The position numbers and the translations under genes were made by a program. Positions 12,048 through 23,029 of a stretch of DNA of 43,231 bases are shown in pieces. This DNA comes from Chiloscyllium plagiosum (Eukaryota). The stretch is from the NCBI RefSeq assembly GCF_004010195.1, contig NC_057754.1, forward strand, positions 10,195,060 through 10,238,290. Reading direction: 5' to 3'. Position 1 is the first letter of the stretch, and each line of letters opens with the position of its first letter. Under the pieces are notes generated by a model. That model was not told the DNA's origin. It searched no databases and was given only the letters and a program-made list of their open reading frames with translations.

Positions 12048-12945
12048 TAGTTCTGCAAGTACAAATTCACCCCACAAACTTGTTATGTGTGCGTTTAGGG
12101 GAGACTGAGTGAGTGTGTGCATGTGGGGGTGTGAGTGCCTGTGAGAGAGTGCGTGTGTCTGTGTGTGAGCATAATGGGGTATAAGTCTGTGAGAGTGCGT
12201 GTGGGGGTGTGAGTGCCTGTGAGAGAGTGTGTGTGTCTGTGTGTGAGCATAATGGGGTATAAGTCTGTGAGAGTGCATGTGGGGGGTGTATGTGTGAGCA
12301 TATGAGAGAGAGCTGGTGTATGAGAGACGGTCTGCATGAGTTTGTGGATCTGCAGGAGGTGTGTGTGTGCGCGCACGTGTGCATGTGCGTGCAAGAAAGT
12401 GTATAGTGCAGTGGAGTCACCTGTAGTGTGACGTGAATATCCCCATGGTCCTCATCAACCGGGACCTTGGGTTCATGTCACACAACAGGTGAGTTCACTG
12501 CACTATACACTCTCACACACACACACATATACAAGTTTGTGGGGTGAATTTGTACTTGCAGAACTACATTTTATTTTGCTCAAAAATTGCATAATTCCAT
12601 GTAAATCCCACTTTAGAAATAGAATCAGTCTGGCCGAACATTGGGACGCAGACAGACTACCACACACCTTCAATGAGTTGAGATAACCACCTATTGTTTC
12701 AAGCTATCTTGAGAATGGCAACTTTTAAAAAGTTCTGGGATTTACAATATGAAGGAACAGAAACTAACATGATCATTCTAAAAGAATGTGTTTAATATTA
12801 CATTCCATGACACTGCAATCCTGTTGCTATAAAGTCTGTGTGATTCTGCTCCACAACCAATTGCTGAAGGAGCAGCGCTCTGAAAGCGAGTATTTCCAAA
12901 CAAGCCTGTTGGACTATAACCTGATATTGTGTGAATTTTAACTCT
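12048..12945. mobile_element. Penelope-like element (family C, Neptune-like) 3' end with an inverted partial copy
   Basis: Plus copy from about 12446 encodes the ORF end LINRDLGFMSH and ends in a decayed hammerhead (12862-12892). 12048-12437 is the inverted copy of 12471-12566 with an expanded CA-rich tract. Possible TSD TTTCATGAT/TTTCGTGAT. Confidence 0.8.
12105..12300. repeat. GT-rich minisatellite, unit about 78 bp, about 2.5 copies, inside a PLE 3' UTR
   Basis: GTGAGTGCCTGTGAGAGAGTG(C/T)GTGTGTCTGTGTGTGAGCATAATGGGGTATAAGTCTGTGAGAGTGC occurs at 12130 and 12208. Confidence 0.85.
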
Positions 12946-13032
12946 TTCGTGATAATGATTGTGTTTAGGTCTCCTTGTCATCAATTATTGATAACTTATT
13001 TGTATCTTTCACAATGAAGACTGACACAAAAT

Positions 13033-13352
13033 GTTGTGGTTCTGTTCGCCGAGCTGGGAATTTGTGTTGCAGACATTTCGTCCCGTCTGGGTGACATCCT
13101 CAGTGCTTGGGAGCCTCCTGTGAAGCGCTTCTGTGATCTTTCCTCCGGCATTTGCAGTGGTTTGAATCTGTCGCTTCCGGTTGTCAGTTCCAGGTGTCCT
13201 TTGCAGTGGTCGGTACATTGGGTCCAGGTCGATGTGCTTATTGATTGAATCTGTGGATGAGGGGACGAAACGTCTGCAACACAAATTCCCAGCTCGGCGA
13301 ACAGAACCACAACAACGAGCACCCGAGCTACAAATCTTCTCACAAACTTTGA
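13033..13352. mobile_element. PLE family A 3' ends in inverted arrangement
   Basis: Minus copy 13033-13260 and plus copy 13261-13352; TSD ACACAAAAT at 13024-13032 and 13353-13361; hammerhead motif near 13069-13106 (minus). Confidence 0.85.
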
Positions 13353-14775
13353 ACACAAAATACCTGTTCAATGCCTCAACCATTTGCTCTTTCCCCATTA
13401 TTAAATCCCGCTGCTCACCCTCGAAAGGGCCAATGTTTACCTGAGCTACTTCTTTTGGTTTTCTATATTTGTAGAAGCTTCTACTATCAGTTTTTTTTAT
13501 ATTCTGAGGTAGCTCACTCTCATAATCCATCTTACCTTTCTTTAAAGCTTTCTCATTGCTTTCTGTTCACCTTTAACGATTTTCCAATCCCCAAGTTTCC
13601 CACTGATCTTTGTCACTTTGTATACATTAACTTTCAATTTGATACCTTCATTTTCTTTATTATCCGTGGCTGTTTATCACTTTTCCAAAAGCTCTTCCTT
13701 TTCAATGGTATGTACTATCTAATGAAAATGATCCTAATTTACTGAACCTCTCTTCCCAGCTAGTGCTCACCATACTAGGCAACATCCTGGTGAACCTCCT
13801 CTGCACCTTCTCCAAAGCCTCCACATCCTTTTGGTAATGTGCTGACCAGAACTGTATGCAGTATTCCATATGTGGCTGAACCAAAGTTGACTTGCCAACT
13901 CTTGTACTCAATACCCCAACCAATGAAGGAAAGCATGCCGCAAACCTAACTTGACCACTTTACTGACTGCGTTGCCATCTTCAGGGAACAATGGATCTGA
14001 ACATTCTCTGCACATCAATTTTCCCCAGGACTTTTCCATTTATTGTATAGTTCGCTCTTGAATTGAATGTTCCAAATGCATCATCTTGCCTTTGCCCAGA
14101 TTGAACTCCATCTGCCATTTCTCTGCCCAACTCTCCAATCAATCTATATTCTGTTGTATTCTCTGACAGTCCCCTTCACTATCTGCTACTCCACCATGTT
14201 AGTGTCATCTGCAAACTTGCTAATCAGACCACCTATACCTTCCTCCAGATCACTTATGTATATCACAAACAACAGTGGTCCCAACACAGATCCCTGTGGA
14301 ACACCACTGGTTACAGGTCTCCACTTTGAGAAGTTCCCTTCCATTACTACTCTCTATCTCCTGCTGCTCAGCCAGTTCTTTATCCGTCTAACTCGTACAC
14401 CCTGGACTGTATATGACTTTACTTTCTCCAGCAGCTTACCATGGGAAACCTTATCAAACACCTTACTGAAGTCCATGTACATAAAATCTACAGCCCTTCC
14501 CTCATCAATCAACTTTGTCACTTGCTCAAAGAATTCTATTAAGTTGGGAAGGCATGACCTTCCATGCACAAAACCATGCTGCCTATCACTGATAAGCCCA
14601 TTTTCTTCCCAATGTAAATAAGTCCTAGCCCTCAGTATCTTCTCCAGCAGCTTCCCCACCACTGACGTCAGGCTCACAGGTCTATAATTAGCTGGATTAT
14701 CCCTGCTACCCTTCCTAAACAAGGGGACAACATTAGCAATTCTCCAGTCCTCTGGGACCTCTCCTCCGTGTTCAA
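13353..14775 (-). mobile_element. CR1 ORF2 fragments (RT core and linker)
   Basis: KGSRDNPANYRPVSLTSVVGKLLEKIL..QHGFVHGRSCLPNLIEFFE..YMDFSKVFDKVSH; PHMEYCIQFWS. Confidence 0.92.
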
Positions 14776-14789
14776 GGAAGCGAGAATGG

Positions 14790-15800
14790 AAATAGTTGGG
14801 GCCTTAACTCTCCCTAACAGCGTTAGCAAAAGCATCCCCTAGGATATTAGTTCCAGTCCAGTACAGGTGTAGACCATCCAATTTGTAATGGTCCCACCTT
14901 TCCCAGAACCAATCACAATGTCCCAAAAATCTGAACCTCTCCCTCCTGCACCATCTCTCAAGCCACACATTCATCCTGCTTATTCTTTCATTCCTTCTCT
15001 GACTAGCATGTGGCACTGCTAGCAATCCTGAGATTACTACTTCTGAGGTCCTACTTGGACCTTAACTTGGCTCCTAACTCCCTATATTCTGCTGGTAGGA
15101 CCTCATCCCATTTTCTCCCCTACAACACTGGTGCCATATCACTACCACAACTGGCTGTTCACCCTCCTCCTTCAGAATGTTCTGCAGCCGTTCTGAACAC
15201 CAGTCGGGAGTGTGTTGCTGGAAAAGCACGAGAGGCTAGGCAGCATCAGAGGAGCAGAAGAATTGCCGTTTCAGGCATAAGCCCTTCATCAGGAATCCTC
15301 GATGTTGCTTGACCGGCAGTGCTTTTCCAGCAACACACTCTCGACTCTGATCTCCAGTATCTGTAGATCTCACTTTCTCCTTCTGAACAGCAGAGCCAGC
15401 CAGGGTGCCATGAATCTGGCTACTGCTGCCTTCCCCTGGTGAGCCATCTCCCCCAAACAGGTATACAGGGTGTTTTGGAGGGAGATGACCACAGGAGACA
15501 CCTGCTCTGCCTTCCTGCTCTTTCTCTACCTTTAGGTCACCCATTTCCTTTCTCCCTCAGCAATCCTGGTCTGTGGTGTGACTAATTCGCTAAAAGTGCT
15601 AACCACAACCTCCTCAGCATTGCGGATGCTCTGAAGTGAGCCCATCCGCAGCTCCAGAGCCACCACGCAGTCTAACAAGAGCTGCAGCTCGCCACACGTC
15701 CTGCATGTGAAGGAGTCAGGGACATCAGCCGTGTCCCTGAACTCCCACATTGAGCAGGAAGAGCATAACACGGGGCTGAGATCTCCTGCCATTTTTACTC
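14790..15800 (-). mobile_element. CR1 5' portion: ORF1 (zinc finger/leucine zipper plus SGNH esterase), disrupted
   Basis: MAGDLSPVLCSSCSMWEFRD..FTCRTCGELQLL; MNVWLERWCRRERFRFLGH..KLDGLHL. Confidence 0.88.
15200..15380. mobile_element. PLE family B 3' ends in inverted arrangement
   Basis: AGTCGGGAGTGTGTTGCTGGAAAAGCAC pairs with GTGCTTTTCCAGCAACACACTCTCGACT; mutated hammerhead near 15260-15296 (minus); TSD TTCTGAACA at 15191-15199 and 15381-15389. Confidence 0.8.
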
Positions 15801-15899
15801 TTAAGCTTAACTTAGTCCAACTATAATATCAAATAATAGATAAGTAAAAAAAGAAAAAAAAAAGAAAAATTTTTACCAATCGCATGATAAAAAAAAGAA

Positions 15900-16035
15900 G
15901 TGGAGGGAAAAGACATAGTAGAGGCAGCTAATCAGATTGTCTCAATCTTAGTAACAAAGGAGCTTCATGAGCTCCTTGCATTTGACATTGAACATGAGGA
16001 TGGCGGAAATAGGGGAAAGGGAGAGTTCTTCAAAA
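15900..16035 (-). mobile_element. L2-like LINE ORF2 fragment (duplicate of 16990-17125)
   Basis: Minus strand CKELMKLLCY/KIETI-type segment, alignable by eye with 16990-17125. Confidence 0.6.
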
Positions 16036-16054
16036 GAAACTAAGGTGTGAGACA

Positions 16055-16690
16055 AACAGACCCCAATGTACATATTTCTGCCTATGATGTGATTAACACT
16101 GTGAGTCCAGTCACTGCAATTTCTTATGAACTCGCTGATGTCTCAGAAGAGTAGATGAATGACCAAATCTCTTCCCATATTCTGAGTAACTGAACCATCT
16201 CTCCCCAATATGAACTTGTTGCTGGCTGATTGAATTGCCTCCTACATTTGCAGAACGTATCTTCCTCTCCTGAGTTAAATGTGCTGGTGTCTAAGGAAGG
16301 CACCTATCGTAGAATCATAGAATCCCTACAATGTGGAAACAAGCCATTCAGCCCAACAAGTCCACATCGACCCTCCGAAGAGTAACCCATTCAGACCCAT
16401 TCCCCCTAACCTATATTTACCCTTGACTCATGCACCTAACCTACACATCCCTGAACACTAGCCAATTCACCTAACCTGTACATATTTGGATCATCAACCT
16501 CTTCCCAAACACAGTGAAGGAAACTGCCTCTCCCCAGAGTGAGTGTGCTGAGGTACAGTGAGGTCAGATGATTGCTTGCACCCAATCCGACAGCAACAGC
16601 AAATTAATAGTCTCCCAGTGAGAATACTCTGATCAGGTCCCCAGAACTTTCACAAAGTCTGGGCATTAAATGATCTCTCATTACTTGCAG
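16055..16690 (-). pseudogene. Decayed C2H2 zinc-finger exon (3' part), interrupted by a SINE/LINE tail
   Basis: Colinear with the 3' end and UTR of the intact gene: ACAGACCCCAATGTACAT..GATGTGATTA..ATGAACTCGCTGATGTCTCAGAAGA versus ACAGATCCCAATGAACAT..GATGTGATTA..GTGAGCTCGCTGGTGTTTCAGAAGA; linker remnants CTCTCCCCAG. Confidence 0.78.
16308..16490 (-). mobile_element. 5'-truncated HE1 SINE (3' part)
   Basis: AGAATCCCTACAATGTGGAAACAAGCCATTCAGCCCAACAAGTCCAC...CAATTCACCTAACCTG matches the other SINE copies. Confidence 0.8.
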
Positions 16691-16749
16691 AGGACAAGTT
16701 TCACTACAACTCAAAGAAAAAGCAGAATTACTGAGGTTACATAATGACG

Positions 16750-17125
16750 ACTGTTTTAAAAGCTGGAGTCGGATATGTTCTTTCGAGACATGCTAGCACC
16801 AGCTGTCTTTGGGTTAAAACTAAAGAAGCTTCTCAGCAACAGCTTTTGGATTGGTTCAAAGTAACAATTCGACCACAAACTGTGAGGAGATGTACCAGAC
16901 AGGCTCAGAGACCTCCAATCACCTGCCAGAAAGTGAGATGCTTCTCCCTCCATGAGTTTGCAAGGATAGTGGGGTCAAGGGTGATCTATTGGAAAGGAGA
17001 CATGCAGCAGAGGCAAATGATCCGATTGTCTCAATCTCAGTGACCAAGTAGCTCCACGAGCTCTTCACACTTATTGTCGGAGGTGAGGACGGAGGAAGCA
17101 GGGGAAAGGGAGAGCTCTTCACGAG
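16750..17125 (-). mobile_element. L2-like LINE ORF2 fragment
   Basis: Minus strand SDNKCEELVE/YLVTEIETIGSFASAA, typical of the L2 EN-RT linker; degraded. Confidence 0.6.
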
Positions 17126-17312
17126 GACCCAAACTGGGATAATACGGTGAGCAATTATAAAGACTCAACACAATATATTTAATTCAAAGTTGATTTACTT
17201 GTCTTTTATGCACAATATTAACCCCTGGAAGTGGGATGAATTTGTGAATAATCACAGAAACAGATCCCAATGAACATGCTTCAGGACTGGATGTGATTAC
17301 CTGCAAAATCCA

Positions 17313-18527
17313 TCATTGGAGTGACTTGTGAGCTCGCTGGTGTTTCAGAAGACAAGATGACCGAGTGAACTTCTTTCCACACTCAGAGCAGGTGAACGGT
17401 CGCTCCCCAGTGTGAACTCGCTTGTGTGACAGCAGGCTGGATGACTGCGTGAATCCCTTCCCACACAGGGAGCAGGTGAATGGCCTCTCCCCAGTATGAA
17501 TACGCCGATGTACAGTGAGTTCAGATGATGTCCTGAACCCAGTCCCACAATGAGAGCACATGAATGGTTTCTCATCAGTGTGAACACGTTGATGGGACAT
17601 CAGTTCCTGGGAACTTTTAAAGCACTTCCCGCACTCTGGACATTTGAACGGTCTCTCGTTAGTGTGAACCCGCTGGTGTATCAGCAGGTTGGATAACTGA
17701 GTGCATCCCTTCCCACATTCTGAACACGTAAATGGCCTCTCACCAGTGTGAATTCGCTGATGTCTCAGCAAGTTTGACAAGCGAGTGAATCCTTTCTCAC
17801 ATTCGGAGCAGGTGAACGGCCTCTCTCCCATGTGAATCTGCTTGTGTGTCAGCAGGTTGCAGGAATCAATGAATTTCTTCCCACATTCAGAGCAGATGAA
17901 TGGTCTCTCCCCTGTGTGAACTCGCTGGTGTCTCAGCAAGCTGGATAACCGAATGAAGCCCTTCCTACACTTGGAGCAGGTGAACGGCCTCTCTCCGGTG
18001 TGAATTCGCAGATGTAAAGTGAGTTCAGACGATGATCTGAACCCAGTCCCACAGTGAGAACACTCGAATGGTTTCTCGTCAGTGTGAATACGTTGATGGT
18101 ACATCAGTTCCTGGGAACTTTTAAAGCACTTCCCACACTCTGGGCATTTGAATGGTCTCTCGTCAGTGTGAACCCGCTGGTGTATCAGCAGGTTGGATAA
18201 CTGAGTGCATCCCTTCCCACATTTGGAACACACAAATGGTTTCTCGCCTGTGTGAGCTCGCCGGTGTCTCAGCAGGTTGGATAACTGAGTGAATCCCTTC
18301 CCACACTCGGAACAGGTGAACGGTCTTTCCCCAGTGTGGCTACGCTGATGGATTTTCAGGGCAGATGAGTGATTGAATCCTTTCCCACAGTCACCACATT
18401 TCCACAGTTTCTCTCCAGTGTTAGTGCATTTGTGTCTTGACAGGCCAGATGATTGGCTGAAGTGTCGTCCACAGGCAGTACACGTGAATGGTTTCTCTCC
18501 ACTGTGAATGTAGCTTTCTCCTTTCAT
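17313..18527 (-). CDS. Poly-C2H2 zinc-finger protein, 14 tandem fingers (first lacks the second His), about 404 aa, single coding exon visible
   Basis: Uninterrupted ORF of CxxC-x12-HxxxH units joined by TGE(R/K)PF linkers. First ATG is at 18527 ([14 protein letters not shown]); the ORF-track start at 18533 is TTG. Splice acceptor about 110 nt upstream. Confidence 0.93.
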   Translation of the reverse strand: MKGESYIHSGEKPFTCTACGRHFSQSSGLSRHKCTNTGEKLWKCGDCGKGFNHSSALKIHQRSHTGERPFTCSECGKGFTQLSNLLRHRRAHTGEKPFVCSKCGKGCTQLSNLLIHQRVHTDERPFKCPECGKCFKSSQELMYHQRIHTDEKPFECSHCGTGFRSSSELTLHLRIHTGERPFTCSKCRKGFIRLSSLLRHQRVHTGERPFICSECGKKFIDSCNLLTHKQIHMGERPFTCSECEKGFTRLSNLLRHQRIHTGERPFTCSECGKGCTQLSNLLIHQRVHTNERPFKCPECGKCFKSSQELMSHQRVHTDEKPFMCSHCGTGFRTSSELTVHRRIHTGERPFTCSLCGKGFTQSSSLLSHKRVHTGERPFTCSECGKKFTRSSCLLKHQRAHKSLQ

Positions 18528-18636
18528 GTTCAAAGGCTGTTGAGTTTCAGACTACATTAAATGGAGCAACTCTGTCAGATTCTGATGTGATGCTTGGTTT
18601 CAGTTTCCCAACTGCAAATCCTCCTCTTTAATACTT

Positions 18637-18660
18637 CTGAAATTAAAACAGAAATGGCAG
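18637..18660 (-). other. Splice acceptor of the zinc-finger exon
   Basis: Minus strand CCATTTCTGTTTTAATTTCAG|AAGTATTAAAGAGGAGGATTTGCAG; same position relative to the GATTTGCAG block as the acceptor at 42098 of the second gene. Confidence 0.75.
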
Positions 18661-18694
18661 TTAGAGGGAACATTTAAAAACACTAAAGCAGATA

Positions 18695-19320
18695 GTTTTC
18701 ATTCTTTCATGGGATGTGGATATTCCTGGCAAGGTCAGCATTTATTGCTCACTCCTAATTTAACTGCAGAAGGTGATAATGGGCTGCCTTCTTGAACAAC
18801 TGCTGTCCATGTGCTGTCGGTAAACCCACATTATAGGGGAGGGAATTCCAGGATTTTAACCTGGAGGAATGGCAATATATTTCCCAGTCAGGATGGTAAG
18901 TAGCTTGGAAGGTGCTGCCATCTATCTGCTGCCTTTGCTCTTCAAGATGGAAGTTGTTGAGAGTTTGGAAGGTACTGTTTAAGGAGCTTTAGTGAAGTTC
19001 TGCAGTGCATCTTGTGGACAGTACACACTGCTGCCTCTGAGACTGGTTGCTATACAGAGTGGATGTTTACGGATGTTGTATCAGTCATGTGCTGCTCATC
19101 AGTTGGATACCTCTGTTCTAGATGGTATTGAGCTTTTTGAGTGTTGTTGGAATTGCACTCATCCAGACAAGTGGGAATATTCCATCATTTTCCTGACTTG
19201 AGTCTTATAGATGATGGACAGGCTTTGGGGAGTCAAGAAGTGTGTTACTTGCTGTAGAAATCCCAGACTCTGATCTGCTCTTGTAGCCACCGTATTTGTC
19301 TGGCTGGTGCAGCTAGTTTC
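18695..19320 (-). mobile_element. 3' end of a second CR1/L2-group LINE family
   Basis: Minus strand HFLTPQSLSIIYKTQVRKMMEYSHL..TTLKKLNTI, followed by a UTR ending AATAAATGCTGACCTTGCCAG. Confidence 0.75.
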
Positions 19321-19324
19321 TCAG

Positions 19325-19740
19325 AGACTGAGAGCTTTACAGTTTTAAAAGAGGCCTTTTGGTCCATCTTGTCAATACCAGTCATTATGCACCTTTCCAC
19401 TCTCGTCCCATTTTCCAGAACTTGGTCTGTAGCTTTATGTGCTATGGTGCTTCAAGTGATGGGATCTAAAGAACTCCTAAACATTCTGGTAATTTCTACC
19501 TCTACCATTCTTTCAGACAGCAAGTGCTAGATACCCACCACAGTCTTGAGTTAAAAAAAAACTTCCCTCTAAACCTCCTGCCCTTCACGGATCTCTCTAT
19601 TCAGAAATTATTCTTGTTATTAACTTTGTCTGTGTCCCTCATAAATTTTCCCATCTCAATCAGGTCTGCCCTTAGCCTTCGCTGCTCTAAGGAGAACAAC
19701 TCCCAGCCCATCTAGTCTCTCTTCATAATGCAAATGCAGG
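19325..19740 (-). mobile_element. Degraded CR1 3' end
   Basis: Minus strand GLGVVLLRAAKAKGRPD overlapping FSLEQRRLRADLIE; CR1-type 3' UTR. Confidence 0.7.
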
Positions 19741-20711
19741 CCCAGGACAGAAAAGTTAACATGAGAGCAAGATGTCCCATTAAGTAACAACACCTAATTT
19801 TTCATTTCAGCATTTTAGAGCCTTGAAGTCGAAATATTGAATCTAATGACTTCCATCACTTTGCCACTGATGGACAGTAGATGACTAGAGCAAGGTCTTG
19901 TAGGTGAGAAGGTCTATAGCCTTAAAACTTGTCTTTAAGCATTTAGACTAACATGTAATGCTGAATTATAGAACGCATTTACTGCACTAGAAAATAGACA
20001 GGCAGGAAGGCTCAAAAAAAAGCTTAAAGATTGCAAAAGATAGAGACACCTGGGCTTACCAAGTGATAACAGAATGCTGTAAGGCAATTCAGAACATTTG
20101 CCTTAGCATCGGTGAATCTGTGTGAACAGGACACCATATCATAACATCCACAGCCATTCCCTTGCGAAATTAATGACAGTGTTTGATTCTGACCCGAAAA
20201 CGAAATTAGGTCCTATCAAAAACTTTGTGATTACAAGTCAGATGTTGCCAATTATTGTATAATGGATTCTTATTACCCCCTTGCAAGCAGGGCAGACACA
20301 GAGAGAAAAAATACTTTGCTGTTACAAAACCCTGACTTGAGTGTTCAAAAGGACACTAAAGAGAGAGAGACAATTTTAGTGCTGAGGCTGTTGAAGCCAG
20401 GAGAAAATTAACTCTTAGTGCTTATCGATGATGGATTGAATTTAATTGCATTTTGGAACTTTGATGATATTGAATAGCCATTATCAGTTATTAAATACAA
20501 ACTCTGTAAAAGGTAATATTGATGAAGCCCTAACTTACGTGCAGACCACTCTACAGACCTTACAGACTGCCCCATTGTCAATTCTATCTAGTCAGATCTT
20601 ACGTCTTATTCGAATTTGAATCACAAACTTGAAAAGAAGGCATGTTTAATTCGAGCTGAAAATGTGTTGCTGGAACAGCGCAGCAGGTCAGGCAGCATCC
20701 AGGGAACAGGG

Positions 20712-20748
20712 GAATCGACGTTTCGGGCATAAGCCCTTCTTCAGGAAT
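20712..20748 (-). ncRNA. Minimal type I hammerhead ribozyme motif (PLE family B), intact core
   Basis: Minus strand ATTC-CTGAAGA-A-GGGC-TTAT-GCCC-GAAAC-GTC-GATTC. Confidence 0.8.
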
Positions 20749-20939
20749 GAGGAAATTGTGTCCAGCAGGCTAAGACAAAAGGTAGGGAGGAGGGACTTGG
20801 GGGAGGGGCGTTGGAAATGCAATAGGTGGAAAGAGGTCAAGGTGAGGGTGATAGGTCAGACTGGGGTGGGGGCGGAGAGGTCAGGAAGAAGATTGCAGGT
20901 TAGGAAGGTGGTGCTGAATTCGATGGATTTGACTGAGAC

Positions 20940-21778
20940 NNNNNNNNNNNNNNNNNNNNNNNNNNNNNNNNNNNNNNNNNNNNNNNNNNNNNNNNNNNNN
21001 NNNNNNNNNNNNNNNNNNNNNNNNNNNNNNNNNNNNNNNNNNNNNNNNNNNNNNNNNNNNNNNNNNNNNNNNNNNNNNNNNNNNNNNNNNNNNNNNNNNN
21101 NNNNNNNNNNNNNNNNNNNNNNNNNNNNNNNNNNNNNNNNNNNNNNNNNNNNNNNNNNNNNNNNNNNNNNNNNNNNNNNNNNNNNNNNNNNNNNNNNNNN
21201 NNNNNNNNNNNNNNNNNNNNNNNNNNNNNNNNNNNNNNNNNNNNNNNNNNNNNNNNNNNNNNNNNNNNNNNNNNNNNNNNNNNNNNNNNNNNNNNNNNNN
21301 NNNNNNNNNNNNNNNNNNNNNNNNNNNNNNNNNNNNNNNNNNNNNNNNNNNNNNNNNNNNNNNNNNNNNNNNNNNNNNNNNNNNNNNNNNNNNNNNNNNN
21401 NNNNNNNNNNNNNNNNNNNNNNNNNNNNNNNNNNNNNNNNNNNNNNNNNNNNNNNNNNNNNNNNNNNNNNNNNNNNNNNNNNNNNNNNNNNNNNNNNNNN
21501 NNNNNNNNNNNNNNNNNNNNNNNNNNNNNNNNNNNNNNNNNNNNNNNNNNNNNNNNNNNNNNNNNNNNNNNNNNNNNNNNNNNNNNNNNNNNNNNNNNNN
21601 NNNNNNNNNNNNNNNNNNNNNNNNNNNNNNNNNNNNNNNNNNNNNNNNNNNNNNNNNNNNNNNNNNNNNNNNNNNNNNNNNNNNNNNNNNNNNNNNNNNN
21701 NNNNNNNNNNNNNNNNNNNNNNNNNNNNNNNNNNNNNNNNNNNNNNNNNNNNNNNNNNNNNNNNNNNNNNNNNNNNNN
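20940..21778. other. Assembly gap (839 N)
   Basis: Run of n characters. Confidence 1.
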
Positions 21779-23029
21779 GGAGGAAAAGGTGGGGGTTGGG
21801 GCCAGTGTAGTTGCGGAAGATGGATTGTTCCACATATCCTACGAAGAGGCTGGCATAGCTGGGGCCCATGCGGGTGCCCATGGCTACTCCTTTCGTTTGG
21901 AGGAAGTGGGAGGATTGGAAAGAAAAGTTGTTCAGGGTGAGGACCAGTTCAGTCAGTCGAAGGAGGGTGTCAGTGGAAGGGTACTGGTTGGTACGGCGGG
22001 AAAGGAAGAAGCGGAGGGCTTTGAGTCCCACGCATTCTCTCCCCCCCCACGCATGTTTAATTCGAGACTAATTAATCATTTTAAATACAACCTTGCAGTA
22101 ACATTTCAGCCTCAGGTACAGAATGATATTGTGCTTAAGATAAAAAGCAGGAGTCTGCTCCCAGCTTAAAATTACTCTAAACCTACCATTGAAGAGATTC
22201 TGACACAATCTGGTGGGAAGCCATTTTATGGCCAAACGTTTGCCCTCCTTGATAAGAAGCCATTTCGCAAAACAATTGTATCAGACATGCAAGCTGTGCA
22301 AGGTTACTTTATGAACTTTCCAATTAGCTCAGACTGATAGGAGTTTATCTCACTAGTAAGCTGGGTATGTTTGTCCCACCTGATGGAAAGCTCAAGGCCT
22401 GTAGGAGTGATCAGTCAAGCACACACAGATCTGTCAATTAACTTTTCTGCCTTACAAATTATTGTCTTTCACTGTTATCTGTCTAATTAAGAACATGCAA
22501 TGTTTTTGTAAACTTTTGTATAAAGGAAGCCACTTTGTAGTGGATTCATTGGAGTAGCCTGATGGGGCACTTGAAGAGCTGGTACTCTACTCTCCTCACC
22601 TAGCTAGTTTAGCTTATAGGTATCAGTGTTATGTTGTAACAGTGATGCTATTAATGAATAAAGGGGATGATTAAAATTAAACTAAACTGTAAGAGGTTTT
22701 TATTCCAGACTTCCAAAGAGTACGATCTCCGGGATGAACCAAGAGAGAGAGGCTTACAGGTCTGAGTCCACAAGGGATTGCCTGGGCTGTCTCAATTCTG
22801 TACTACCTCTAATTCTACTTCTGGACCAGAAGTGCAAATCCCTCATGCCCCAGAGGTGTGTCATAAGGCATCCAAACAGGTTGATTAAAAATAACATGGA
22901 CCAACAGGTTGGTAATTGGCCAGATTGAATTTCTCCCACTTTATGTGGACTGGACAAACCTCAGCAACTTTTTTTCTTGGCTGGTTAGATTCCTGTATTC
23001 ATGATAAGAATTGTCGTTGTTCTGGAACA

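Larger units (their letters stand above)
20656..22050 (-). mobile_element. 5'-truncated Penelope-like retroelement (family B, Neptune-like), young, spanning the assembly gap
   Basis: PLE RT motif LTELVLTLNNFSFQSSHFLQTKGVAMGTRMGPSYASLFVGYVE (21779-22031); C-rich 3' UTR with hammerhead; perfect 16-bp TSD GCATGTTTAATTCGAG at 20640-20655 and 22051-22066. Confidence 0.92.

Noticed and set aside
11970..12420. His/Thr-rich ORFs
   Set aside because: Translations of CA-rich micro/minisatellite in a PLE 3' UTR.
18528..18636. Possible N-terminal effector domain in the leader of the ZNF exon
   Set aside because: In-frame stops lie upstream of the ATG in this gene and there is no KRAB, SCAN or BTB similarity; treated as 5' UTR.
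20662..22031. Long ORFs of 311-391 aa in the ORF track
   Set aside because: They are open only because they run through the 839-N gap; only the PLE RT segment at 21779-22031 is real coding-derived sequence.
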